Assembly (NCBI RefSeq): GCF_001194135.2
Contig: NC_068985.1
Location: 51,232,723-51,265,783, forward strand
DNA length: 33,061 nt
Direction of reading: 5' to 3'
DNA from: Octopus bimaculoides
Taxonomy: Eukaryota
The first letter of the stretch is position 1. The number at the start of each line of letters is the position of its first letter. The position numbers and the translations under genes are program-made. This document shows, piece by piece, positions 1 to 11,761 of this stretch. A model generated the notes under the pieces. It did not search any database and was not told the DNA's origin. It saw only the letters and a program-made list of their open reading frames with translations.

Positions 1-145
1 TATATATATATATATATACACATGTATATATATATATATATACACATGTATATATATATATATATACACATGTATATATATATATATACACATGTATATA
101 TATATATACACATGTATATATATATATATATATATATACATATAT
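1..145. repeat. (TA)n microsatellite with a recurrent cacatg interruption
   Basis: Directly visible. Confidence 0.95.
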
Positions 146-2472
146 TACTTGTTAGGCTTATATCAACAGATTTTCTATCAAAATTATAGCCAACACTGAT
201 TTGTTATGCTGTAATAGCACTGCTAACACAGTATTGATTTATAAAAGTATTTAATATACTTTGTAGTATATTATGGCTGCATAATGAAATACAGTGTCCC
301 CGCAGGTTATTTATATATACATATGGAATAATAGGAGCCATGAAAGAGAGATGAAGGCAAGAATGAAGGTGACACAATAACAAGGAAATCAGTGAGGAAT
401 GGTAAAAATAGAGAGAAAAAGGATATTTATATGAACATATCTTTGCACATACAGATTCACACATCCTCGAGTGAACAGGCATCTACACACACAAACATAT
501 ATATGCATGTGTGTACAATGCATAGATACAGATACACACAAGTAAGCATATTCAAATACATAGGCACACACATATATAATATGCACATATACACCTATAA
601 CAGCCACACAAATAGACACACGCATACACACAAACTCACAGAAACACGCATACAGATACACACATACACACACATACTCACAATGGATATAGGATTACTA
701 AAGTGGCTTAGGGCCAACTTATTGTACTTCATGGTTCAAAGTTCAACCTCTACAAGAGCCAACTTCTAAGGGGTTACTAAAATACTACCAAAACTAAGTT
801 CTCCTCGCCAAAATAAAAAAAAAAAATGAAAAAAACATGGTATAGTTTACTTGATGGGGGGCAGGGGTGGAAGGCTTACATAGTCCCCCTACATCAATAT
901 AGGCCAATAAAGAAGCTTCTTTATATGTCATGTGGCCCACTAATCTAACAATTCCAGAGAGAACGTCTATGTGGTTGTTGGACCTGTTAGAAATAGCAGC
1001 CAAATCTCCCTCCAACTACAAACTAGCATCAAAGAGAAAAGGAGGGCACATTGAGTAATGTAGTCAATGCCTTAGGAAAGGATGAACTAATCATGGTTGG
1101 AACACCTTTGATCACACTGCCTAACATGATTTTTGTCTTTGGGTAACAACTGATATTTCCTATTTGTTAACCCTTAGAAAATATGAAAAATGGTTAATAT
1201 TTCCTTCAAATTTGCTTTTGTTACATTTATTCAGACCTCAAAGAATCCCTCTCAACATATAGCAATGAGGCACCCCACTCTACACCTGTTCATGATCAGA
1301 GGTGCACATGTTGTTAGTCACTAAGAGGACATGCTCAAGTGGTTAAGGTCAAGCAACTAACAAGCAAATCTGTGGTATTAAACAGAATATTTGTTGTAAT
1401 GATAGTTCTGCTTCAACAGCACAGCACTGAATCTCTGAAATGTAATGGAAAATAGGTCAATTTCAAATCATTGAAGTCCAAGTCACAAAAGCAAAGTTTG
1501 AAGGAAATGGAAGTCATTTCCTTTAATTTCTAGATAGAAGCAAATAGGACATAACTCTTACTGACCAAAGACAAAAAAAAAATCAAAATTTTGTTACAGT
1601 GTTATAGGTCTGTTTAGACAGGCTAACCTGGGGTTAAACAACAAAAAACAGCAGTCCCTTATATGAACCAATGAAAGTTTTCAGAATCTTATTGAATTTA
1701 CCATGAAGCACACCTCTCTTGATTTATTACTCACTGCATTCACCTCCATCCACATCTCTAACCATCTGTAACTCCCCTCTCATGCTGTTCTATATTTAAG
1801 AGATGAGGAATTATGTACATTATTTACAATTGATGGATATTTGTCCTCATCTTGTTTGTTGTTAACACAACGTTTTGGCTGATATACCTTCCAGCCTTCC
1901 TCAGGTGTCTTGGGGAAATTTCGAACCTGCCAAAACAGACACAGAAGTGTGGTGCAGCCTTCTGCCTGGCCAGCTCCTGTCAAGCAATCCAACCCATGCC
2001 AGCATGGAGGTGGACGTTAAATGATGATGATGGGAGAATTTTGTACAACCGAAGAGTATTTATTTGCAACAGGAGAGAAACCATGAGAGAGCAAAGAGCA
2101 AGAATCATATATTTCTGCCTATGAAAGGATGGAAGTGGATTAAATCTGACCTCTTGGCAAGAATTGCAATAAACACTTTAGAACATCTAAGGAGATATCT
2201 TCTCAACTGAAGAAGCAAAAGTTATGACAATATCTGCAGGACATTCAAAACCGAGGAGTCAGCCAAAACACAGGCTGAAATATTCAGATATACTTCTGAC
2301 TATATACAGAATCCGGCAAAAAAAAAAAAAAATGTATACACATTTCAGGAAAGGAAAAATCTGTATAAATATTTTAATTCAGTGTTATTGCAATTTGATA
2401 AAATATTGGAAGAGGTATTTATATTTACAGAGGTACTTATACAAGTTAAATATTTATACAGGTTCCCTGAAG

Positions 2473-2799
2473 TCTTTACTCTTTTACTTGTTTCAGTCAT
2501 TTGACTGTGACCATGCTGGAGCACCACCTTTTAGTCGAACAAATCGACCCCAGGACTTATTCTTTGTAAGCCTAGTACTTATTCTATCGGTCTCATTTTC
2601 TGAGCCACTAAGTTACCGGGGACGTAAACACACCAGCATCGGTTGTCAAGCGATGTNNNNNNNNNNTACCAAATTCACTCATAAGGCTTTGTTCAGCCTG
2701 AGGCTATAGTAGAAGACACTTGCCCAAGGTGCCACGCAGTGAGACTGAACCTGGAACCATGTGGTTGGTAAGCAAGCTACTTACCACACAGACACTCCT
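2473..2799 (-). mobile_element. tRNA-head SINE family A
   Basis: On the minus strand: ggagtg.ctgtgtggtaag...ggttc A/B-box-like head, ttgggcaagtgtcttc core-like segment, and a 3' part ending cagtcaaatgactgaaacaagtaaaagag. Confidence 0.85.
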
Positions 2800-4119
2800 A
2801 TGCCTATAAGTGTGAATTTTTTTTGCAGACTCTGTATTTGTGTCCAGGCACAAGAGTTAAAGAAATACAAGAATGATGCGAAGAGACGTTGAAAATGGCA
2901 TAGATCTGTGGCTAGTCACATCAGTTTTGTCTCACAATATGGACAAGAAGTAAAAGCAGGGCTAATGAAAGGTGACATGTAGTGAGATGCCATCAAAATG
3001 TATTTGCAAATCCTAATGATTCTTAAAGGCCTCAGAGAAGGGGTCACCTGAAAAGGCAGCTGATAGTTGTTATATTTGTACATTTGTCATAGTGAATGTC
3101 CCTAAAACCTAAGAAGACTAAACAAATATATGTGTGAATGAACATGCATTCATGCATGCACATGCGCGCGCGCGCACACACACACACAAAAGAAATGAAA
3201 ATAATGAACAACTGCAATGGCAAAAAGAACAACAAATTCGAATTTGCTGACCATTGTTAGTCAAAACTTTAGGGAAGGCAAGTGAAATTCCTTTATGCCC
3301 AGTATTAGAAATAGATAAACAAACATCTTGTTCCCCCACAGTAATAACCAGTTTTACCATTGCATTATGCTGTGATGAAGAGGAAATAGTAGTTGTAGAT
3401 GAAAACCTAAAAAGTATTTGTGAAAACATGAAAAGTGGGGTGGAAAGAGATGACTCACAAAGATGATGGTTAAGTATAGAACCACAGAAATGGGTGAGGA
3501 GGAACAATTTCCCCAAAACAACAATGACAACCTTTCTCAGGGAAATAATAAAGAAAAGGAAGAGGAGGAAGAAGAATTAAAATTCACCATACTTCTCAAA
3601 TCAAACAGGCAATTAATATACAAAAATCACTCTTCTGTAGTGTCACAGACTTTTTGAAGAAGTTAGAATGACACACAAACTGTTAGGTTTAAAATATAAA
3701 CAACATGCAAAAGATATATTATTAATAAAAGTAAAACTAAGCCATCTCCATGAACTTAAAAGAGTATACTTCAAAGACGGGGATTTTCAATACTGTCTCA
3801 AAAATGCTTACCAGTGGATTTGGTTGCACTCCTACACAAAACCAGATAGCAAATACAGTCTTGGAATGCCTAAATTCAACTAAGCCAGTACTCTTTCATG
3901 TTTTATTTCTTTTAAAATATATTTTGCATTAATAATTACATATTTTATCATACTTTATTTCTGTACAAATATATGTATTTTTTAAAAATCTAAGTATGTT
4001 CATTCATATATTGTATTACATCTCTCACTCTCTCCTTTTTGTCATTATAAATTTATCTTCCACACTCCACTTTCTTTTGTGACTCCTAATGAAAGTTTCA
4101 TATTTTTGTATCTCTTCAT

Positions 4120-5254
4120 TAATAGTTAGCATGTCAGACAAAATGCCTAATGACATTTCATTTGTTTTTACATTCTGTGTTCAGATTCCACTGAGGTTGG
4201 CTTTCAAGATTGATAAAATAAATATCAGGGGGTCAATGTATCAACTAGCCTCCTCCCCCAAAATTTTCGGCCTTATGTTTGAAGTGCAGAAGATTATTAT
4301 TATTCTTAGGGTAACAATATTATTATTATTATTCCTAAGGTGACAAGCTGGCAAAATCGTTAGCACACCGGGCAAAATGCTTAGTGGTATTTCATCTGTC
4401 TTTACGGTTTGAGTTCAAATTCTGCCGAAGTTGACTTGCCTTTCATCCTTTTGGGGTCTAGAAATTAAGTACCAGCTGTGTACTGGGGTCGATCTAATTG
4501 ACTGCCCCCCCCCCAAATTTCAGGCCTTGTACCAAACTTTGAAATCATCATCATCATTATTATTGTTATTATTATTTAGGCAGTGAGCTGGCAGAATTGT
4601 GAGCACACAGGGAAAAATGCTTAGCAACATTTTGTCCATCTTTATGTTCTGAGTTCAAATTTTAATGAGGTCGATTTTATCTTTTATCCTTTGAGGTTGA
4701 TGAAATAATTACCACTTAAGCATTGGGGTCAATGTAATCAACTAGTCTCCTCCTCCAAAAAGTTTCATACCTTGTGCCTATAGTTGAAAGGATTATTATT
4801 ATTATGTAGGTACCAAGCAAGCAGAACCATTACAGTTTCAGGACAAAATACTTTGCAGGATTTGTTCCAGCTCTTTACATTCTGAGTTCATATCCTGATA
4901 AAGTCAACTTTGCATTTCATCCAATCAGGGTCAATAAGATAAGGTACCAGTCAAGTACTGGGATCAACATAATCAATTAATTCCCTCTCTGCAAAATTAC
5001 TAGCCTTGTGCCAAAATTTGAAACACCATCATCATGACCATTATTATTATGAGGGCAGTGAGGTGGCAGAAATTTTAGAGTGTTGGAAGAGATGCCATGC
5101 AGAATTTCTTCCGGATCCCTATGTGCTGAGTTCAAATCATGCAGAGGTTAACTTTGCCTTTCACTTATCCAATGTCCATAAAATAAGATAGCAGTCAAGT
5201 ATTGGAGTCAATGGCATTGATTGAATCCCTTTCCTTTGAAATTGCTGGCCTTGT
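4120..5254 (+). mobile_element. Five head-to-tail tRNA-derived SINE family B copies
   Basis: Repeated ggc.gtgagctggcagaa...gagttcaaat...gactttgcctttcatcc...ggggtc...ggccttgtg units starting near 4120, 4337, 4578, 4808 and 5053, separated by (ATT)n/(ATC)n tails. Confidence 0.85.
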
Positions 5255-5257
5255 CCC

Positions 5258-5512
5258 TAAATCAATGAATACCTGGACAAGATCCATATTCTGCTCATAG
5301 CACTTCTCCTGCATCTGTCTTGCTGTGAAAATCATATCCATTGCCCCTCTACCAGATCGGAAACCACATTGAGATTCAGATAGGACATCATTTACAAGAC
5401 ACCCATTCAGATGGGTAAGAAGAATATTTGCCAGAACCTTGCCAGCAGCTGATAGTAGAGCAATACCTCTGTAGTTACCACACATTTTTCTGGCTCCTTT
5501 TCCTTTATATAG
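5258..5512 (-). mobile_element. RTE-clade LINE reverse transcriptase N-terminal fragment (inverted part)
   Basis: LYKGKGARKMCGNYRGIALLSAAGKVLANIL...ESQCGFRSGRGAMDMIFTARQMQEKCYEQNMDLVQVFIDL has the typical RTE RT motifs. Confidence 0.9.
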
Positions 5513-5872
5513 ATTTAAGGACTGTGTCAAGTCCTCATTAAAGGCTTGTGATATACAGGACACTGACTGGGAGAACAATGCCTGTCATCGCCACAGATGG
5601 AGAAAGCAGGTTAAGGAGGGGATCAACACTTTTGAGAGAGCATGTATCCAGCATGAAGAACTTAAGTGAGCTGCGCGAAAGCACACGGCTCGTATCTTGA
5701 ATGGGGAAAGCTTGGTCTGCAATGTTTGCAGTCGTGTATGCTTGTCAAGAGCAAGGCTCATTAGCCACCAACAGAGCCACAAATGCAAAATATAAGTTAG
5801 TCCTAGAGCGCACAATGTTCTTGAAGGTTGGCAATGGTCTTCCTTGGTCACGAGTGGATGGCTATCATCATC
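5511..5872 (+). mobile_element. RTE-clade LINE 3' end (C-terminus, zinc finger, 3' UTR, CAT tail)
   Basis: RFKDCVKSSLKACDIQDTDWENNACHRHRWRKQVKEGINTFE...CNVCSRVCLSRARLISHQQSH, with one in-frame stop, ending in catcatcat plus (gtat)n. Confidence 0.8.
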
Positions 5873-6313
5873 ATGTATGTATGTATGTATGTATAAGCGA
5901 AATTGTGTTTGACCCTCTGGCCAATAACTGATGAAGAGTTGGCAACCTTCTGTGTCTGTTTCCTGCTTGTTTGTGCATTTATTATATGTTTTTAACTTAT
6001 TATTTCATACAATGCTACATACTTGTACAAGTAAGTATTCTATATATGTTTGTGTGTGTGTGAAAACATATCTATATAAGTATATATGTATATTTGAGTG
6101 TGTTTATGTGTATATCTTAATATGTCTATGTATATGTATTACTCTACTATATACTTGGGTATATATGTATACTCTAATATATATATAAGTGTATTTATGT
6201 ATATTTTGATATATATGAGTGTGTATGTATATTCATTCGAGTATAGATACATATATCCTTATATATATATAAACATACATGTGTATATTTTGTACACACA
6301 CACATACATACAT

Positions 6314-6315
<2 letters not shown>

Positions 6316-6392
<77 letters not shown>
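6316..6392. repeat. (GT)n microsatellite
   Basis: Directly visible. Many other (TA)n, (CA)n, (CT)n and (TATG)n tracts occur, e.g. 7425-7460, 16489-16542, 23755-23990 and 32485-32520. Confidence 0.95.
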
Positions 6393-6397
<5 letters not shown>

Positions 6398-7267
6398 ATG
6401 AGCAAACTGCAACAATAGCATCTTCACAGAGCTTTTTATGACCTGCAAAGCAGAGACATTAATTAAGCTAAGAGACTCGTTATTATTTATTACTGTTATG
6501 AAACTCATCAAATTCTCTCTCTCCCAATCTCAACCAAATTATTCTGTTTTAATAAGATTGCTCTCTTCTCTAATTAATTCTTTTATTGACGAAGTTTCTT
6601 TCAAGTCAAATAGTGAAGTGATATCTGCTCTTTATTGAAGTTTTTTTCTGCAAATATACTTGCACAAAACTAGGATGTCTGAATTCCCTTCCCCCACTCC
6701 TGGTCTTTTCTCCTACCCTGACATGTATAGTTGCTCCCGTTACTTCAGCATATGACAATGAAGGAGTTCTTTCCTGCCTGTGTGACCCTTACTAACTCAG
6801 TTAGTGTGAACCCAGGAGCTGAGCAACAATTAACATTATATCCCAATCTGCCACTCGGTATCATGGGAACTTTCTCTACTATACTCCCCACATCCTAGTG
6901 ACAAAGCGTTTTACAAGAATCTGGGCCTGACTGGAAGGCTGTGACCCTTCCAGAAGGGTTCAACTCAATGCCTGCCAACACACTGGAGAGGCATGATACT
7001 ACAGCACTACCCTAACTAGTCAAAGAATGCAGACACAACAAATGAAAGTGCCAACTACTTTTCTACAGTTCTACTCAAAGTATTATGGAGCAACATGGCT
7101 TCTCAGTTATAATGAAGCTATCCCGACTAAGTGCAGTAACTCACTTAAAAATCTGCAGAGAGTAGACAGACTCTGCAAGTCACATTGAAGGCAATCTCCA
7201 TAAGAGACTGGTAACTCTGAAAACAAATCTGTAGAGAGGAGATGTAGACTCAACCAGCTGCAGTGAA

Positions 7268-7420
7268 GGCAGTCTGTGTGGTAAGAAGTCTTCTACCCAG
7301 CCATATGGCTCTAGGTTCAGTCATACTGCATGGTACCGTGGGTAAGTGTCTTCTGCTATAGCCTCAGGCAGACCAAAGCCTTGTGACTGGTGAATTTGGC
7401 AGATGGAAACTGAAAAAACC
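7268..7420 (+). mobile_element. SINE family A, 5' half
   Basis: ctgtgtggtaag...ggttcagtc...aagtgtcttc...gatggaaactgaaa followed by (TA)n. Confidence 0.75.
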
Positions 7421-7423
7421 TTG

Positions 7424-7462
<39 letters not shown>

Positions 7463-7673
7463 AGGTAAATTTCCAAAATTGGTTAATAGGGATATACAAT
7501 CCTGTGGTATATGAAATGCAGTCAAATCACACCCCAAAGAAGCCGCAGCAGTATTTAACACCAAAATGCACATCAGGATGCAAAATTTGCAGTGTGCACT
7601 GACTTGCAGCAGAAACATGTAGGTACTGACATGGAAAGATGTGATTAACTGTATAATAAAACCTGGATGTATG

Positions 7674-7714
<41 letters not shown>

Positions 7715-8187
7715 ATATATATTTGTGCTGTTAAATGTTTTAATTCTTTCTGTTTTCCTCGCATACTGTTTTTCTCTGTTATATTGGTGCGCTACGGTGG
7801 ATTATTTAAGACTTAGCTCTTATTTCTAGCAGGTAGATGCTCATTAAGCATCATTACGCTTCGTGCAAATTTATATTTCATAGCTCCTTAAAGCTACCAT
7901 AACTGCGTTCCACCCATGCTACTACTGGTGATATCATCANNNNNNNNNNNNNNNNNNNNNNNNNNNNNNNNNNNNNNNNNNNNNNNNNNNNNNNNNNNNN
8001 NNNNNNNNNNNNNNNNNNNNNNNNNNNNNNNNNNNNNNNNNNNNNNNNNNNNNNNNNNNNNNNNNNNNNNNNNNNNNNNNNNNNNNNNNNNNNNNNNNNN
8101 NNNNNATATCATCAAATTTTGAATTTATCCACAGATGATATGAACAGTAGTGACATCTAACTTCAAATCTCAGTGTTTGAATATTTC

Positions 8188-8218
<31 letters not shown>

Positions 8219-8410
8219 AAAGTTAATTGCAGAATAAAACCGTTAGGTCATCGACTCAAAAAGCCGTAGCCCACCAATGACCACATATAACATCCTAAGT
8301 GTGGCAAAGTAAAATCCAAGTTTCACCGTTCCGCAGGTAACATCAGTAAAGTCAAACCATAAACATCATTTACAGTGGATTACGAGTATAGGTGGAACAC
8401 AAACACAGAA

Positions 8411-8492
8411 CACCTATGGCCATTTCGGGGGTATATCACCGTATTTAATGCACAATAGAGCACAAATTGGTGATAACCCCTTCTTCAGGGTA
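8411..8492 (-). ncRNA. Type I hammerhead ribozyme (second pLTR copy)
   Basis: Reverse complement of 9034-9115, located downstream of the endonuclease ORF in its sense orientation. Confidence 0.8.
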
Positions 8493-8732
8493 AAAAAAGA
8501 CACACAGNNNNNNNNNNNNNNNNNNNNNNNNNNNNNNNNNNNNNNNNNNNNNNNNNNNNNNNNNNNNNNNNNNNNNNNNNNNNNNNNNNNNNNNNNNNNN
8601 NNNNNNNNNNNNNNNNNNNNNNNNNNNNNNNNNNNNNNNNNNNNNNNNNNNNNNNNNNNNNNNNNNNNNNNNNNNNNNNNNNNNNNNNNNNNNNNNNNNN
8701 NNNNNNNNNNNNNNNNNNNNNNNNNNNNNNNN

Positions 8733-8954
8733 TCTAGATAAGATTGACCATTCAAGATAATACTTCTTATTCCTCCTCTTGAGGTCATGTAGGTAAGAGG
8801 CGAGTGTTGTGGAATTATAATATTTCTCATTAGAAAAGGAACTCATGTGCGCCCTATACCTGGCTTTAAAATTCACTGAACTTCCAATATAAAACTGTCC
8901 ACAAACGTAGTGTATAAATGTGTAGAGACAAGGACAAATAAAATAATAGTCCAT
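8733..8954 (-). mobile_element. Penelope-like retroelement GIY-YIG endonuclease fragment
   Basis: Translation CGQFYIGSSVNFKARYRAHMSSFSNEKYYNSTTLASYLHDLKRRNKKYYLEWSILSR matches the PLE GIY-YIG pattern (YIG..F..RY..H..SF...Y...T.L..Y...LK......WSIL). It runs into a gap of suitable size to hold the rest of the domain. Confidence 0.85.
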
Positions 8955-9033
8955 ATTATTATTTATTTAAGCTTGCTCTCATAATTATAATGCTTTTGAC
9001 TGGTGACTTCGTTGATGTCTGTGTGTCTTTTTT

Positions 9034-9115
9034 TACCCTGAAGAAGGGGTTATCACCAATTTGTGCTCTATTGTGCATTAAATACGGTGATATACCCCCG
9101 AAATGGCCATAGGTG
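9034..9115 (+). ncRNA. Type I hammerhead ribozyme (PLE pLTR copy)
   Basis: UACC (stem I) - CUGAAGA (9038-9044) - long stem II (GGGG..AUCACC...GGUGAU..CCCC) - GAAA (9100-9103) - palindromic stem III AUGGCCAU (9103-9110) - A17 (9111) - GGUG (stem I). Pair 10.1/11.1 is a non-canonical A.C. Confidence 0.8.
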
Positions 9116-9615
9116 TTCTGTGTTTGTGTTCCACCTATACTCGTAATCCACTGTAAATGATGTTTATGGTTTGACTTTACTGATGTTACCTGCGGAATGG
9201 TGAAACTTGGATTTTACTTTGCCACACTTTGGATGTTCTGTTGTTGTTTTGTCCCGTGCGCTTCGGTATTCCTGTTTATGAAATTGAATTTTACCTACTA
9301 AATTTGCTGTCATGAGGGAGGTAGTTGNNNNNNNNNNNNNNNNNNNNNNNNNNNNNNNNNNNNNNNNNNNNNNNNNNNNNNNNNNNNNNNNNNNNNNNNN
9401 NNNNNNNNNNNNNNNNNNNNNNNNNNNNNNNNNNNNNNNNNNNNNNNNNNNNNNNNNNNNNNNNNNNNNNNNNNNNNNNNNNNNNNNNNNNNNNNNNNNN
9501 NNNNNNNNNNNNNNNNNNNNNNNNNNNNNNNNNNNNNNNNNNNNNNNATTGGCTATTGGCCTCAGCGAATGAACTGTTGTGCTACGTCTCCCTATGTATT
9601 ATTTTTTTCTCTATA

Positions 9616-9656
<41 letters not shown>

Positions 9657-9833
9657 TCTACTGTATTTGTACCAGTCTCTAATATTTTTAATCAATTTTT
9701 AATCGCTGTTTATTTATTTATATTATTCTATAATATACCTGTCCTAAACAAAATGACATTACTTTTTAACTCACCCTTGTATACATTAGTGACAGATAAT
9801 AGTTATCCCCATTTATGAATGGTCTGTGAGAAC

Positions 9834-10040
9834 AAACTATACTGAAGAAGTTACCATGAGAGAAACTCTTATATTGGCTTTTGGTGCAAAATCACTGTTG
9901 CTTATATCGCTAGATATGGTGGTCTCAGCACAGGAGGTAACAGAAATTTATCTTCCCACTTTGCAATACAAACAAGAGTGCATTTTGCATCAAAAGCCAA
10001 TATGAGAGTTTCTGTCATGGTAACTACCATAGTATAGTTT
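9834..10040. repeat. Fold-back element or MITE-like inverted repeat
   Basis: Imperfect arms of ~67 bp (9834-9900 and 9973-10040) around a ~72-bp spacer. No TSD found. Confidence 0.75.
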
Positions 10041-10603
10041 CCTCTACCAGAACATCCATGGTGCTGGTGCCATGTAAAAAGCACTCAGTTCACTCTGAGT
10101 GGTGGTTGGTATTAGGAAAGGCATCCAGCTGTAAAAACTATGTCAAAACAGACACAGTAGCCTGATGAAGTCTTCTACCTGGCCAGATCCTGACAAGCCG
10201 TCCAACCCATGCCAGCATGGAAGGTGAACGTTAAATGATAATGATGATATATACATAATGTGTGTGCTTTGGGTCTCCTTGCCTTAGCATTGCATGATAG
10301 TTGTAAACAAGTGTCACTGTTATGCAAGTGTGTCTGTTTCCAATCTTTCATGAAAACATGTGCAATTATGGGAAAATATTACCTTACTTCTAAGCAAGTG
10401 AGGGTTTGCAACAGGAAGAGCACCTGACTGTAGAAAATCCATATCACCAAATTCTGTCTAACCCATGCAAACATGGAAAAATGAAAGTTAAATGATGACA
10501 ATGATGTACTCAGATGACTGCAATACTCCACATAAATCTTATAAACCTCTTCTTTAGTTTATTTCAATATAGTGTTGTGGCAAACTCTGCATTCTGCAAT
10601 GAG

Positions 10604-10829
10604 TTAGCCCTATGGCATCTGGATTATTCTGTCAAATGAAATGCTTATTAATTCATATTGCTTTGAATTAATTATGCTCTAACTAGTCGCTTTGAGATTC
10701 TTATGAGGTAAATTCATTTTTAGAATGATATTGTAGGGTTGGTGTGAGAGGCCCAATCTGGCCAATTTGAACATAAAACAAGTAGAATATTTTGGCCATA
10801 TATGGTCAGTTTGAATGTTAAAGGGTTAC
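10604..10829 (+). mobile_element. MITE family D copy
   Basis: Shares ctgtcaaat..aatgcttatt, gtgtgagagg and aaagggtt with the other copies. Confidence 0.7.
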
Positions 10830-10849
10830 AAATATTTTTCTCTCATCTT

Positions 10850-11215
10850 TTATTTGTTTGTGTCGTTGGCTTGCAACTATGCTGGGTAACCACCTTGAAG
10901 GGTTTTTGGTGGGACAAATCAACCCCAGTACTTTTTTTTCCTTGTTAAGCCTAGTATTTATTCTATTGGCCTTTTTCGCTGAACCACTAAATTACAGGGT
11001 TGTAAACAAACCAATATTGATTATCAAGCAGTGGGGGTGGAGTGGTGACAAATAGACACACACATACACACACACACTTTTATATACATGATAACCACAC
11101 CATCTACCAAATTTACTCACAAGTCATTGGTTGATCGAGGGCCACAGAGTGGGACTGAACCCAAAACCATGTGGTTGCAATGCAAGCTTCTTGATCACAC
11201 TGCACTACCTGCACC
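10850..11215 (-). mobile_element. SINE family A (diverged)
   Basis: Same motifs as 2473-2799. Confidence 0.75.
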
Positions 11216-11761
11216 TATGTCCCAAGATTTTCAGCATAAAATCATATAGACATTGTAAACACCAATTCACATGAAAGAAAAACAGACAACTGATAGGAAT
11301 TGAACCATGTATCTATCACTTGCCAGGTGACTGTGTAACTGAGTGCATTACATTAAGCCTCTTTCTCCTTTCTGTCTTAAATTGATGTTTATCATTATCT
11401 TCATTTATTGACCACTTTTCCATGCTTGCATGGGTCAGACAGAATTAGTTGGGGTAGAATGCCTTACATAATATACCCGTTTGATTTAGACAAGACCTAG
11501 GGTTAAATAACAAACTACTCTTTTTATCTATTTCACATTTATTTCTGCTTTTCCTCCACCCTGTCTTTTTGCTTCCCACCATGACTCTCCCTGCTATTAT
11601 TGTTTACATATTTGGTATGAAGGCTGCTATTACACACACACACACACATTTTGGAGCAGACACTCAGTCAAAAATGACCATCTGGTTGATTAGCAAATAT
11701 TCACTCCTCACTATGAAACTTGTGAATCAACTAGGGAATATTTATCTGACCACTTGACCAT

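Larger units (their letters stand above)
8289..9237. mobile_element. Penelope-like element with inverted pseudo-LTRs (8289-8507 minus, 9019-9237 plus)
   Basis: A ~220-bp inverted repeat with two mismatches seen by eye flanks the GIY-YIG fragment. Each arm contains a hammerhead motif. Confidence 0.8.
7940..9547. other. Three assembly gaps inside the Penelope locus (7940-8105, 8508-8732, 9328-9547)
   Basis: N runs. Smaller gaps lie at 2657-2666 and 12939-12957. Confidence 0.95.

Noticed and set aside
2224-2709. 161-aa ORF (also 13567-14049)
   Set aside because: It reads through the antisense strand of SINE family A.
3044-3883. ORFs and possible minus-strand exons (donors near 3811, 3459 and 3047)
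   Set aside because: Acceptors are weak or non-canonical, phases do not chain convincingly, and no recognisable protein results.
4337-4420. tRNA gene
   Set aside because: The tRNA-like A/B boxes are SINE heads followed by SINE body, with no complete cloverleaf.
5900-5960. CTGATGA near GAAA (possible hammerhead)
   Set aside because: No stem II closing onto a downstream GAAA, and no room for stem I in the type II permutation. At most a truncated remnant.
9839-9870. CTGAAGA...GAAA in the fold-back arm
   Set aside because: The intervening sequence cannot form stem II, and the other arm lacks the core.
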